From the human T2T-CHM13v2.0 reference genome, Homo sapiens, in NCBI RefSeq assembly GCF_009914755.1, contig NC_060936.1: a stretch of DNA of 64,000 bases; one strand, 5' to 3'. The position numbers and the translations under genes were made by a program. Below are positions 49,290 through 64,000 of the stretch, one piece after another. The first letter of the stretch is position 1, and each line of letters begins with the position of its first letter. The notes under the pieces were generated by a model. It searched no databases, was not told where the DNA came from, and worked only from the letters and a program-made list of their open reading frames with translations.

Positions 49290-51026
49290 AGTTAGTTCTT
49301 AAAATACTATGAGGAAAGAGGGCTAAAATAACAACAACAAATTTTTAAAAACAACTTCTTACTTTGATTGCTAAAAAAACTATAAGCCAAAGGAAACTTG
49401 GGATTCAAATGAGCAAGTATGACTCATTTTATTCAATACTTAGATTTATACAATATATGTAAATCACATACTTGCAATGATTTATATGAATATTTAAGAC
49501 TAATACATTTTCAAAAGGGCAGTTAAGGTTGTCGTTTACTATTTTCTACCCAGAAATGCTTTTGTTTGAAAGGAGGGAAGGAAAGCTTCAGTGAAATGAA
49601 GTCCTAATACTCCAATTTTAAATCTCTCCATTTGCTCAGACTGGGCTGGAAAACGTGATTTTTTCAGGATGGAAGAGTTCTGAGAGATAGTAGAATATTT
49701 CTGCTACCTAATAGATATTCAGGTAATGTTTGATGAATAAATTCTTTTAAGAATGGATAAATACAGTTGAGGAGTTCAATATTTTTTGAATAAAACTCCT
49801 ATAAAGTAAACCAATACTTCTGCAAAAGTAATAATCATGTATATCTTCTATTTTTTATTTTCATAAGGACACAATGAAAATAAAATGATTACCCTATTAA
49901 TTTTTTGCACATATGTAATGAACCTACATGTAATGAAAACACACATATGTAATAAAATATATACATAATAAAATCTACAAGCACAGATAAAAAAAGTCCC
50001 TTTATTCTGAAGAGGTCAAAAGTTCACCGAAGACACCAATCTACACAAAAATAATAATAATAAACAGAAAATGATAAATTATTTTTAACTTTGAAGATTT
50101 ATATTCTTCTCTTCCCAAGCATTATTCTATTAATAAACTTTCACTACAACTTTTATGCATACTCATTGCCAAAATCAAAGGTAAGAAAAAGGAAAAAACT
50201 TTATATATTGTACATATTTTTGGTAACATAAGATCACAACCTGTATGGATATATAATCAAACTGATTTTTTTCTCACTCAGTATACCAAAATACATCTTT
50301 GTACATCAACATTCTTCGGTATCTGTTGCCACCTTCAACAATCACTTATTCCATGCTATGAATGCACTGAAATTTATAAAATCCATTCTATGGGTTCTTC
50401 CTAAAATTAAGCAGTGCTGAGAAAACCAAATTGCATATATGTCTGTTTCCTAAAGCTATTTTAGTATAATGGAATTGAGGAGTAAAGAGCATATATTTTT
50501 AAAAAATACGGCACTTACCACCAAATTATCCATTTGAAAAGTCATCAGACTCTTTTTAACTTTAAGCAGCAGTATAAGCACCACTGCTCTTCATCATCAC
50601 AAAATTGGGAATAGAAAACAGTATTTCGCTCCTCTTTTACTTTAAATTCCTTCTCTTCCCAGGAAAGCTAAGTATGTTTTCTTTTGTATATAGATAACAT
50701 GTTAAAACCTTGATATTTTATTAGGTTTATAAAAAATTAATAAACACATAAAGGGCTCACATTTTAAGAAAAATCGGTCTTCCTATCAAAGAACATGCAG
50801 CTCTCTTCCTACTTCAACATTTCCTTCTAAGTTCCCTCAGTAAAGAACATATTTACATAGATGTACATTGATATAAAATGGATATTGGATTTCATCCAAA
50901 GAATTTTTAGCCTACTAAAAATATTTTAAGAGTATTTATATTACGGGAACCATTTCTCTCATTATGCACCTTTTTGTCATGTGTATAACATCATGTTTTA
51001 AATGTATGCACTAAAAGTAAAATCCT

Positions 51027-51320
51027 GGACCTGCGCAGTGGCTCACGCCTGTAATCCCAGCAGTTTAGGAGGCCAAGGCGGGCAGATCACTTGAGGTCAG
51101 GAGTTCCAGACCAGCCTGGCTAAAATTGAAACCCCATCTCTACTAAAAATACAAAAATTAGCCGGGTTTGTTGGCCAGCGCCTGTAATCCCAACTACTCC
51201 GGAGACTGAGGCAAGAGAATCGCTTGAACCCCTGAGGCAGAGGTTGCAGTGAGCCGAGATGCGCCACTGCACTCCAGCCTGGGCGACAGTGAGACTCCGT
51301 CTCAAAATAATAATAATAAT
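51027..51320 (+). mobile_element. AluS
   Basis: Full Alu with (AAT)n tail. Confidence 0.95.
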
Positions 51321-53086
51321 AAAATTCTTTATATACTTGTTAGTGAAATCACTAAAATTGTCTATAATGTGCTCTAGACGGGACAGTATGAGTAAGAGGA
51401 TAGGAAACCAGCTAACGTTTTGTTTTGGTTTTGCTGCTCATGGAGATCCCCAGCGCCCCCTCCAAGGCGTCCCTGTCCCAGGGGCTGCGGGGCCTGCACG
51501 GAAGGACAGGGGCGCCTCCCAGACCCACCCTTCCCGCCGCCACCCTCGGCTGGGAGCTCCCATCTCCTGTTCCTGTTGTCCCCCTCCTTCAATGCAGGGC
51601 TCTTGAGCAGAAGGCACTGCTGCACTGTGGCCGTATCTCCCTCTCTGGCCGTCTTGTGGATCCTGCCGAGCTCTCAATCTCGGCGGTGCTACCAGGAATC
51701 CGAGTAGAAGTGGTCAGGGATGGAGCCCAGGGCCACCTCATCCTTCTTCCTCCTGGAGCCAAACAGCTTCTTCATCGCGGCAGCTTCGGAGAAGCCTCAG
51801 CTACCCTGCAGCTCCCCTTCGCCTTTTCGCGGAATCCGGAGTCCAGTCACAATTAGCTAAGCCCGGGGCACCAAAGCCTTTAGCAGCGAAACCGCCGCTT
51901 CCGACCTCTCGGACCTAGTGAGCCAGGCAGAGCCTTTAGGCCCACGCCTGGGCACCACAGCCAGCCCGAGGCCCAGGAAGCCGCTCCCAGGCTACGCGCG
52001 GCTGGCGCTGGGCTTCCAGTGCCGGACTGCCAGAACAGGCTGGGAGCGCTGGGGTCTTGGCGCTCTGCAGCCACCAGAGATCTGGCCGAGTGGGTCTGGT
52101 TACCCCCACCCCTGTGCTGCCACAGCCCGGCAGATCGCCTAGCTTGGCTGCCCCAGCTGCCGCATCTGTCCCTCTGTCCGCGTCTCTGGGAGCCCGGCGG
52201 GGTGGGAGGTTGCTGGCTGTTGCTGTCCACTCCGGATCCTGAGGCCGCCCAGGGCACTCCTACCCCGCCTGCCTCGGTGCCCCTGACCTGCAGTCGTCAC
52301 CTGCACTCCAGGCGGGCAACAACAGCGAGGACACCCTGCCCGGCCAGGCTCCCAGCATCAGAGACGCTGGGTGGACAACGTGGTGGCGGCCAATCCAGGT
52401 GGTCCGCCAGACCGCGGCAGAGACAACGCAGAGGCTGCGGGTTAGGACTGCCCAGCGCTAGCGGCCCCCAGCTCTGTGCGCCCGCTGAGGAGGAGACAGC
52501 CAGCAGCGTGGTCAGGCAGGCTCTCGCGCTGAGGAGGCGGTGCACTCAGGATACTGAGGCCGCCCAGAGCACGCCCCGCCAACCCACCTAGGCGCCTGAG
52601 CTGCAGCCTCTGCGCCGTCTCTGCCGCGGTCCGGCAGGCCGCCTGGATTGGCCGCCGCCGCTGCTGCCACCACGGTGTCCACCCAACGACTCTAATGTGG
52701 GAAGTCTGGCGGTGGAGGGTGTCGCGGGCTCTCCGGCAGACCCGTAGCTGGTGGTGGAGCTGAGGGCCCTGGGGCATGGCGGGCAGGGACTTGAGGCCCG
52801 CAGGAGGAGGGGGCCGTGCCGATGCTGGCTGTGCCGGGGCTGCCTGAGAACCCGCGGAGGCTGGGGGGCGAAGACGCGCGGCACAGGTGCGCAGGAACGC
52901 GGTGGTGGCAGGGTCCCAGACTGCCCAGCCTAGGACGGGCGGGATACCGGACTGTAGAGCAGACGAAGGGCGGGGTCTCAGCTACGGAGCTATGGACCCA
53001 AGGATGGGCGTGCGCACGCCGCGCTGCCTGACCAGTCTGCGGGCCGGTTGTGCTTGCCGGGGGACAAGGGCTCCAGAAGCAGTCAA

Positions 53087-53403
53087 GGGATTCTCCTGCC
53101 TCAGTCTCCTGAGTAGCTGGGACTAGAGGCGCCCGCCACCCGCACCATCACGCCCAGCAAATTTTTTTTTTTAATTTTTTTTTTTTGTTATACTCTAAGT
53201 TTTAGGGTACATGTGCACATTGTGCAGGTTAGTTACATATGTATACATGTGCCATGCTGGTGCGCAAATTTTTTTGTATGTTTAGTAGAGATGGGGGTTT
53301 CGCCATTTTGGCCAGGCTGCTCTCGAACTCCTGTCCTCAAGTGATCCGCCCGCCTCGGCCTTCCAAAGTGCTGAGATTACAGGTGTAAGCCACCGCGTCC
53401 GGC
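53087..53403 (-). mobile_element. Truncated Alu hosting an L1 micro-insertion
   Basis: Alu halves on either side of the L1 fragment, which sits in the A-rich linker. Confidence 0.9.
53169..53265 (-). mobile_element. Roughly 80-bp 5'-truncated L1HS-type 3' end with poly-A
   Basis: Reverse complement gcgcaccagcatggcacatgtatacatatgtaactaacctgcacaatgtgcacatgtaccctaaaacttaGagtataa; TSD gcaaattttttt. Confidence 0.85.
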
Positions 53404-54079
53404 CCTTTTTCGGGTCCGGGATGGAAATCGAGGCAGCCCAGCCCCTGGCCGAAGGACCCGTGGGCGCTGCGCTCACCGCCCAGGGAGCAGAGGCATTGGT
53501 GTTAGAGTTCCCATACCTGGGGAATCGAGGGGCCTCCTGGTGGTCCCTCACGAGAAGGGGCGGGCACAGGGGGAGGAGGAGCGCGTCCCGGTGTAGCGGT
53601 GGCTGGAGTGGGCCCCTCCAACTGGGGTGGTCTCCCGAGGGGCGCGGCTGCTTGGAGTAGACAGGATTTGTGGGATTTTCCTCCCGTCCTAGGAGGAGCG
53701 AGGCTGGGGACAGGGCGGTAGGTTTGAGATCTGGCTTCCTGTGAACTTGGAAACCCGTCACCCCCCCCGCCGGGGGAAAAAGGAGGGACTGAGCATGAGT
53801 CCCGGACTCCGAGTGGGATTCTCCCAGGATCCTCCCGCGGCCCTGAACATCCAGGAGACCCGGGAGACTGGCAGGACGCCCCATCCAGCTGCTCGCCCAG
53901 CCAACTCTGCGGCCGGAGGGAACCCTGGGGGGCAAGCCATGACCGGGGTCCCAGGTCACAGCCCCAGAGCTGACCGCGGGAGGGACGGGGCCACCAGCTC
54001 CATATGCGGCCCGCCAGCCGCATCCCGCCGGCTCCACCAGCCCATCCCCAGTCTGGGGACGCCTGCCCCTTTCACTCAC

Positions 54080-54250
54080 CATTCTCATCTTCGGGGCTGT
54101 CCTGGCGTCCTCCCTATGGCTCCTGGAGTGTGCAGATCTCAGCGAACAGCAGAGACGCCAAACCCAGTGCAGCGGGCGCGAGAAGCAGGACTCTGCCAGA
54201 AACAGCAACGAAGCCCAGCACCTGCGGGTGACAGCTTCACACCTGACTGA
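54080..54250 (-). other. KRAB-ZNF-type first exon (5'UTR + ATG) with intact donor
   Basis: gggaggacgccaggacagccccgaagatgagaATG|gtgagt followed by cgtccccagactgggg..gggctggtggagccggc, the pattern of 19p13-type KRAB-ZNF exon 1/intron 1. Confidence 0.7.
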
Positions 54251-54597
54251 ACAGTGTGCACGGTCCCCAGCCCCCCTGATTGGACACTGACTCAGGTTCC
54301 CCGCCCTGGCTGGAGGCTGAGTGGAGTGGGAATGACAGGTTCATGGCTACAGGGCACGCATCCTCCCTGTGCCCGGACGTGATATTTGCATTTATACAGG
54401 ACTTTCTTCAGGCTTTGCCAAGTAGACACTGGCATTGCCTGTATGCAGTGGGCCCTTCCTGATTTTTCCTCCTGGGCAGGGTGGGTCACAAGTAGGAGGA
54501 GGAAACTCCACACTGAGTCTAATGGAGAGAGTAATCCCCGGGCCTCAGAGCAGCAAGGGTGCCCAGGCCTGGTGAGGCAAGACTAAAGCAGGAGGGA

Positions 54598-54935
54598 GTC
54601 ACGCCTGTAATCCCAGCAGTTTGGGAGGCAGAGGTGGGTGAATCATTCGAGGTCAGGAGTTCAAGACCAGACTTGCCAACATGGTGAAGCCCTGCCTCTA
54701 CTAAAAATACGAAAATTAGCCTGCCTTGGTGGCAGATGCCTGTAGTCCCAGCTACTGGGGAGACTGAGGCAGGAGAATCACTTGAACCCAGGAGGCAAAA
54801 GTTGCAGTGAGCCGAGGTCATGCCACTATACTCCAGCCTGGGGAACAGAGCAAGACTCCTTCAGAAAGAAAGAAAGAAAGAAAGAGGGAGGGAGAGAGAG
54901 AGACAGAGAGGGAGAGAGAGAGAGAGAGAGAAAGC
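54598..54935 (+). mobile_element. AluS with GA-rich tail
   Basis: Alu body then (GAAA)n(GA)n. Confidence 0.9.
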
Positions 54936-55489
54936 AGGAGGGAGGGCCACTGGGATGAGGCTGCTGTGGGGCAAGGCCAAGGCTTTCTCATACCCTATCT
55001 TTCAATCTATTCATTCGCAGCCAAGAAGATAGACACACCAACAAGAACATCATTATTAAATGCATGGAAAAACTGGAGTTATATGACAGCAATATTCAAT
55101 AAAGGAACTAAAGGAGAATAAAAGCAAACATTTAAACTAGATCAGAGAAGCAGCCCCCTGCACCTACAGTTAGCAAGGAAAACCCGCATTCGGGAGGCTA
55201 AGAGTATTCCAAGCTTGGGAGTCAGACTCTGACCCCTCGCATTGAGCCTGGGGTGGAACAGACCAGGAACCTAAGGATTGAACTGTGAGCTCAACATGCT
55301 TCCCTGACCATCCTCAGCGTGGCAACACTCCCTCCTTTAGTGCCTTAACATCCACCAGCAAGAAGCTCTCACATGGCATCAGTTTAGGATTCTGACCTGA
55401 ATAAACTGTCAAATTCATAAACCCTTTCTCCAGTCTGAAGCTGTAAGAGTGACCTTCACAGATTTTCTTCACTTATGCATCAACCTAAT

Positions 55490-55875
55490 GGCAGAAGCTG
55501 GGGCAAAATTAATAGAGGGTTCATTTGGCCTGAGGTTGAGGACAACTTCCCAGGATACACTTCCAATTGGCCTTGGGGAGTGCTCTGGAGAATAAAGCAG
55601 AGGCTTGAGTTTTAAGAAAAAAGGACAAATCACAAAGAACTTACAAAAGTTGTCCAGGAATTCTCATTGGTTCATACAAATAACATTGGTTAGTGACTCA
55701 TTACATTGTTGAACTATTGGGTAAAAGTTCTACTTAGCATTAATTTAGAGCCCACAGAACAAGTGGCTTCAAGAGGTAATTAGCTCAAGTGGAGAGTGAG
55801 ATATGACTCCTGTTACATTTTAAATGCCTCTCTGGGCCTGATTTAAAGGAACTTTAATTTTTTTTCTTTTTCATT
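55490..55875 (-). mobile_element. MER4-group LTR (MER93-like)
   Basis: gttgaggacaacttcccagga..cacttccaa..gccttggggagtgctctggaga; ends tttttca. Confidence 0.5.
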
Positions 55876-56333
55876 ACAAACTACAGTCTGACTCCCGCAA
55901 TTCTAATACCAAAATGAAAACATTGTCCAGGAAATGGTCCCAGACACTGGAGGTAAAGCCTCAGAAAGGACAGAACTCAACATGCTCTCTTGCTCCGTTC
56001 TCAGCCCCCACAACCACATCTGCATGCAGGTCTCCAGCTTTCCAGGTCTCTGTAGCTTCCAGAATCCACACCCCTTAGCTGTTCCAAATAGCTGGAGGCT
56101 ACGTGCAGGGGAGGGCAGGCTGCCCAGGAAACACCAAGGGAAGCTCCATTTCCTTCCCTATATTCACAGGCTCAAGGCTGGCCTCAGCTTGGAGTCACTG
56201 GCTTCAGTCTATGCCACCCACTGCAGGCTCCTCGCCTGCTTCACACCAGCCCACTGATACTTTAAATGAGACAAACACTCTCAATTTAAGTTTGAATAAG
56301 AAAACAGAGTCCCTGCTTTCCTCATGCACTAAA

Positions 56334-56587
56334 CAGGTGTATCTTGTTTAATTGCACTTTGTTTTATTCTGCTTTGCAGATATTGCATTTTTTTAACCAA
56401 TTTAAGGTTTATGTCAACCGTGCATAGAGCAAGTCTATTTGGGACATTTTTTCTGATAGTATGTGTTCACTTTTTGTCAGTGTCTCATTTTTGTAATTCT
56501 CGTAGTAGCTCAAATTTTTCATTATTATTATTATTATATCTGTTATGATGATCTGTGATGAGTGATCTTTTATGTTAGTATTGTAAT
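56334..56587 (+). mobile_element. Tigger1 terminal fragment
   Basis: cagg..atcttgttt.attgcacttt...gagcaagtctat...gtgatctt..atgtta.tattgtaattg. Confidence 0.85.
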
Positions 56588-59515
<2,928 letters not shown>

Positions 59516-59519
59516 AAAT

Positions 59520-59905
59520 AAATGGAGCAGTCCTTTCATGGACTTTGCAGGGACATGGAACCATGTCCTTTGCAGGAACATGGATGAATCTGGAAGCCAT
59601 CATTCTCAGCAAACTAACACAAGAATAGAAAACCAAACAATGCTTGTTGTCACTCATAAGAGGAAGTTGAACAATGAGAACACATGGACACAGGGAGTGC
59701 AACATCACACACCAGAGCCTGTCAGGGGGGTTGGGGGCAAGAGGAGGGAGAGCATTAGGGCAAATACCTAATGCATGCAAGACTTAAAACCTAGATGATG
59801 AGTTGATGAGTGCAACAAACCAACATGGCACAAGTATACTTATGTAACAAACCTGCATGTTCTGCACCTGTATCCCAGAACTTAAAGTAAAATAAAAAAA
59901 GAAAA
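59520..59905 (+). mobile_element. L1PA 3' end
   Basis: catcattctcagcaaactaacaca...gtatcccagaacttaaagta plus A-rich tail. Confidence 0.9.
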
Positions 59906-60095
59906 AGAAAACTGTTCAAATCAAAACCCGTTGAATTCTGTGAAAGAAAACATCACACCATACCATATATGTGTGCCATATCTTATTTTTAGCGTTTACA
60001 GCTGGTTATGTCTATGTGCCTGGAAAGACTAGCCTAGCTCAGAAGTGTTTGCTCTGAGCTTGTACAAAACATTGCTTTGAAAACTGTTCAAAGGC

Positions 60096-60383
60096 GGCCG
60101 GGCACGGTGACACACGCCTGTAAACCCAGCACTTTGGGAGGCCGAGGTGGGCGGATCAGGAGGTCAGGAGATCGAGACCATCCTGGCTAAAACGGTGAAA
60201 CCCTGTCTCTACTAAAAATACAAAAAATTAGGTGGACGTGGTGGCGGGCGCCTGTAGTCCCAGCTACTCAGGAGGCTGAGGCAGGAGAATGGCGTGAACC
60301 TGGGAGACAGAGCTTGCAGTGAGCCGAGATCGCGCCACTGCACTCCAGCCTGGGCGACAGAGCGAGACTCCGTCTCGGAAAAA

Positions 60384-60419
<36 letters not shown>

Positions 60420-60466
60420 AAGAAAGAAAGAAAGAGAGAGAGAAAGAAAGAAAGAAAGAGAGAGAG

Positions 60467-60535
<69 letters not shown>
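60096..60535 (+). mobile_element. AluY with (GAAA)n-expanded tail, inserted in the satellite
   Basis: 17-bp TSD gaaaactgttcaaaggc (60079-60095 and 60536-60552). Confidence 0.95.
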
Positions 60536-60537
<2 letters not shown>

Positions 60538-61004
60538 AAACTGTTCAAAGGCAAAACGTGGAATTCAGTGAAAGAATACTGCATATGATATGTGATTTTG
60601 GCACAAAGCTTGCTTTTGTTACTAGAGCTGGACTTCACCTCTTTTAATGAGGGCTGCCTGGGATAAAGTATTTTTTTATCTTCTATAAAACTAAGATTTG
60701 ACAACTGTTCTTTAATAAGAATTTGTTTAATTTAATGAAAGAAAACAGCACATCATAATACATTTTGGAAAAAGTTTGCTATTAGCTTTGAAAGCTAGAT
60801 ATTCTCATTTTCTGTCAGAACCTAGTATGCTCAGAATTGTTTTGTCCAATTTTTGACAAGATTTGTCTTTGACAACTACTCTTAATCAAAACATGTTGAA
60901 TTCATTGAAAGAAAACAGCACATCATCTGGGTTTTTGGCACAAAGCTTGTGTTTACCTTTTAAAGCTATATATTTGCATTTTCAGTGTGGGCCTACTAAG
61001 CTCA

Positions 61005-61175
<171 letters not shown>

Positions 61176-64000
61176 TTAATACATGTTAAATTCAGTGAAA
61201 GAAAACAGCACATCATATATTATTTGTGTGCTATATCTTGCTTTTAGCGTTTAGGACTGCATATGCATATCTTCCTGGAAGGGCTAACTTGGCTCCGAAT
61301 AGTTTTTTTCAGAGCTTGTACAAAACGTGTTTTTGAAAATGATCAGTGTCAAAACATGTTGAGTTCAGTAAAATAAAACAACACATCATCTAGGTTTTTG
61401 GCACACAGCTTGCGTTTACATTTCAGGGCTAGATATTCGCATTTTCTTGTGGGCCTACTATGCTCACCATTGTTTTTTCTTGTATTTGACAAGGTGTCTC
61501 TTTGAAAAGTGCTTTTAGTTAACACATGTTGAATTCAGTGAAAGAAAACGGCACATCACATATTATTTTTGTGCCATAGCTTGCTGTCAGCATTTAAGGA
61601 GTTAAAACATATCTTCCTGGAAGCACTAACTGGGCTTTCAAATGTTATTTTCTGCGCATGTACAAAACGTGTTTTTGAAAAATGATAAAAGTCAAAACAT
61701 GATGAATTCAGTGAAAGACAAGAGCACATCATCTGAGTTTTTGGCACAAAGCTTGAGGTTACCCTTTAGGGTTAGATATTTGCATTTTCTCTGTGAAACT
61801 ACTATGTTCAGAATTGTGTTTCCTGAGATTTGACAAGATGTGTCTTTGAAAACTGCTCTTAGGTAATACATGTTGAATTTAGGGAAAGAAATAGCACATC
61901 ATGCATTATTTGTGTGCCATATCTTGCTTTTTGCATTTAGGGCTGTATATGCATATCTTCCTGGAAGCACGAACTGGACTTTTAAAAGTTTTTTTTGAGC
62001 TTTACAAAACGTTTCTTGAAAAGTAATCAATGTCAAAACATGTTGAGTTCACTTGGGAAAAAAAAGCACATCATCTACATTGTTAACACAAAGCTTGCGT
62101 TTACCTTTCAGGACTAGATATTCACATTTTCTGTGTCGGCCTGTTATGTTTGCAATTATTTCTTCCGATATTTGACAAGAGGTGTCTTTGAAAACTGCTC
62201 TTAGTTAATACATGTTAAGTTCAGTGAATAAAACAGCACAGCATACATTATTTATGGGCCATATCTTGCCTTTAGCATTCAGGACTGTATAAAGCATATC
62301 TCCCTGGAAGCACTAACTGGGCTGCGAAATTTTTTTTTTAGCTTGTACTAAACGTCTTTTTAAAAAGTGATCAATGTCAAAATATGTTGGATTCAATGAA
62401 AGAAAACCACTTCATCTAGGTTTTTGACACAAAGCTTGCATTTATTTATTGCAGCTGCATACTCGCATGTTGTGTGTGAACCTACTCTGCTCAGAATTGT
62501 GTTGTCTGAGATTTAACAAGTTGTTTCTTTAGAAACTGCTCTTCCTTAATACATGTTGAATTTAGTGAAAGAAAAGGGCACATCATAAATTATTTGTGTG
62601 CCATACATTGCTTTTAGCATTTAGGGCTCTATATGCACATCTTTCTGGAAGCAGTAACTGTGCTCGGAAATATTTTTTCTGGGCTTGTACAAAACGTGTT
62701 TTTGAAAAGTGATCAATGTCAAAACATGTTGAATTTAGTGAAAGAAAACAGCACATATTCTTTGTTTTTGCACAAACCTTGAGTTTACTTTTCAGCTCTG
62801 GAATGCATATGTTCTGTGTCAGCCTACTGTGGTCAGAATTGTGTTTTCTGAGATTTGACAAGCTGTGTCTTTGAAAACTGCTCTTGGTTAATACATATTG
62901 AACTCAGTAAAAAAGCACATCTTACATTATTTGTGCACCATATCTTGCTTTTAACATTTGGGAATATATGCACATATCTTCCTGGAAGCACTAAGAGCAT
63001 TGAAATGTTTTACTTTGAGATTCTACAAAAAATGTTTTTGAAAAGTGATCAATGACAAAACATGTTGAGTTCAGTGAAAAAACCCAGCACATCATCTAGT
63101 TGTCTAACATAAATCTTGTGTTTACCTTTTAGGGCTAGATATTAGCATTTTCTGTGTAAGCCTACTATGGTCACAATAGTGTTTTCTGAGATTTGACAAG
63201 ATGTCTTTTTGAAAACTGGTCTTGGTTAATAAATATTGAATTCACTGAAAGAACAAAGTACATCATACATTATTTGTATGTCATATCTTGCTTTTAGCAT
63301 TTAGTGGTGTGTATGCATATCTTCCTGGAAGTGCTAACTGGGCTCCAAAATGTAATTTTCTGAGCTTGTAGAAAACGTGTTATTTAAAGGTGATAAATTT
63401 CAAAATACCCTGAATTCAGTGAGAGAAAACAACACATCATCTAGGTTTTTGGGATAAAGTTTGCATTTAACTTTTAGGGATAAATACTCTCATGTTCTTT
63501 GTGAGCCTACTGTGCTCAGAATTGTGTTTTCTGAGATTTGCCAAGAAGTGTCTTCAAAAACTGCTCTTAGTTAATACATTTTGAATTCAGTGAAAGAAAA
63601 TAGCACATCATACATTATTGGTGTGCCATATCTTGCTTTTAGCATTTAGGGCTCTATATGCATATCTTCCTGGAAGCACGAACTAGGCTCTGAATGTTGT
63701 TCTCCTCAGCTTGTACAAAACATTTTCTTGAGAAGTGATCAATGTCAAAACATGTTGAGTTTAGTGAAAGAAAACAGCACATCATTTTGTTTTTTAACAA
63801 AACACTTGTGTTTACCTTGTAGGGCTAGATATTGACATTTTTCTGGGTGAGCCCACGATGCTCAGAATTGTGTTTTCTGAGATTTGACAAGATGTGTCTT
63901 TGAAAACTGCTCTTAGTTAATGCATGTTGAATTCAGTGAAAGAAAACAGCACATCATACATTATTTGTGTGCCATATTTAGCATTTAGGATTGTATATGC

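Larger units (their letters stand above)
48850..51775 (-). pseudogene. ANKRD26/ANKRD20A-family pseudogene fragment: exon 1 (51775-51567) and part of intron 1
   Basis: MKKLFGSRRKKDEVALGSIPDHFYSDSW*HRRD*ELGRIHKTAREGDTATVQQCLLLKSPALKEGDNRNR; compare ANKRD20A [30 protein letters not shown]. Two stops; donor is GA, not GT. Intron similarity is from recall. Confidence 0.85.
51430..54250. promoter_or_regulatory. CpG island(s), including a palindromic REP522-like element (about 51880-53080)
   Basis: High GC and CpG density; inverted arms 52330-52439 and 52601-52723, each with a CCAAT box; lies upstream of ANKRD-like exon 1. Confidence 0.65.

Noticed and set aside
53282-54208. 308-aa ORF, the longest in the track, and neighbouring GC-rich ORFs at 51.4-53.1 kb
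   Set aside because: They cross a clear splice donor or end in Alu sequence, have low-complexity G/P/R/A composition and no domain; expected by chance in a CpG island.
61190-64000. Regularly spaced conserved motif superficially like a CRISPR array
   Set aside because: The intervening sequences are homologous to each other, the period is about 171 bp and there are no cas genes; this is primate satellite DNA.

Overview
Human (primate) genomic DNA from a repeat-dense mosaic that looks pericentromeric. An AluYb8 and an L1HS-type 3' end point to human. I can support no intact protein-coding gene; the ORF track is essentially Alu, ERV and GC-rich noise. Layout from left to right: (1) about 12 kb of tandemly reiterated old L1 3' segments with Alus and a solo LTR13; (2) a GC-rich duplicated block carrying one orphan COL11A2-like exon; (3) a set of minus-strand splice-bounded exons (about 17.6-40.4 kb) that translate into a signal peptide plus several decayed SRCR (scavenger-receptor cysteine-rich) domains, which looks like a dead multi-exon gene; (4) within its introns, ERVL, LTR10A, Charlie and an internally inverted HERV9/W-group provirus that hosts an unusual HERV-K(HML-2) insert with two inward-facing U3 ends; (5) a truncated ANKRD26/ANKRD20A-family exon 1, a palindromic REP522-like CpG island and an orphan KRAB-ZNF-type first exon; (6) a MER83-like ERV; (7) a highly diverged dimeric (2 x about 171 bp) alpha-satellite array running off the right end. 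Repeat subfamily names come from my recall of consensus sequences, not from a database search, and boundaries are approximate unless TSDs are quoted.
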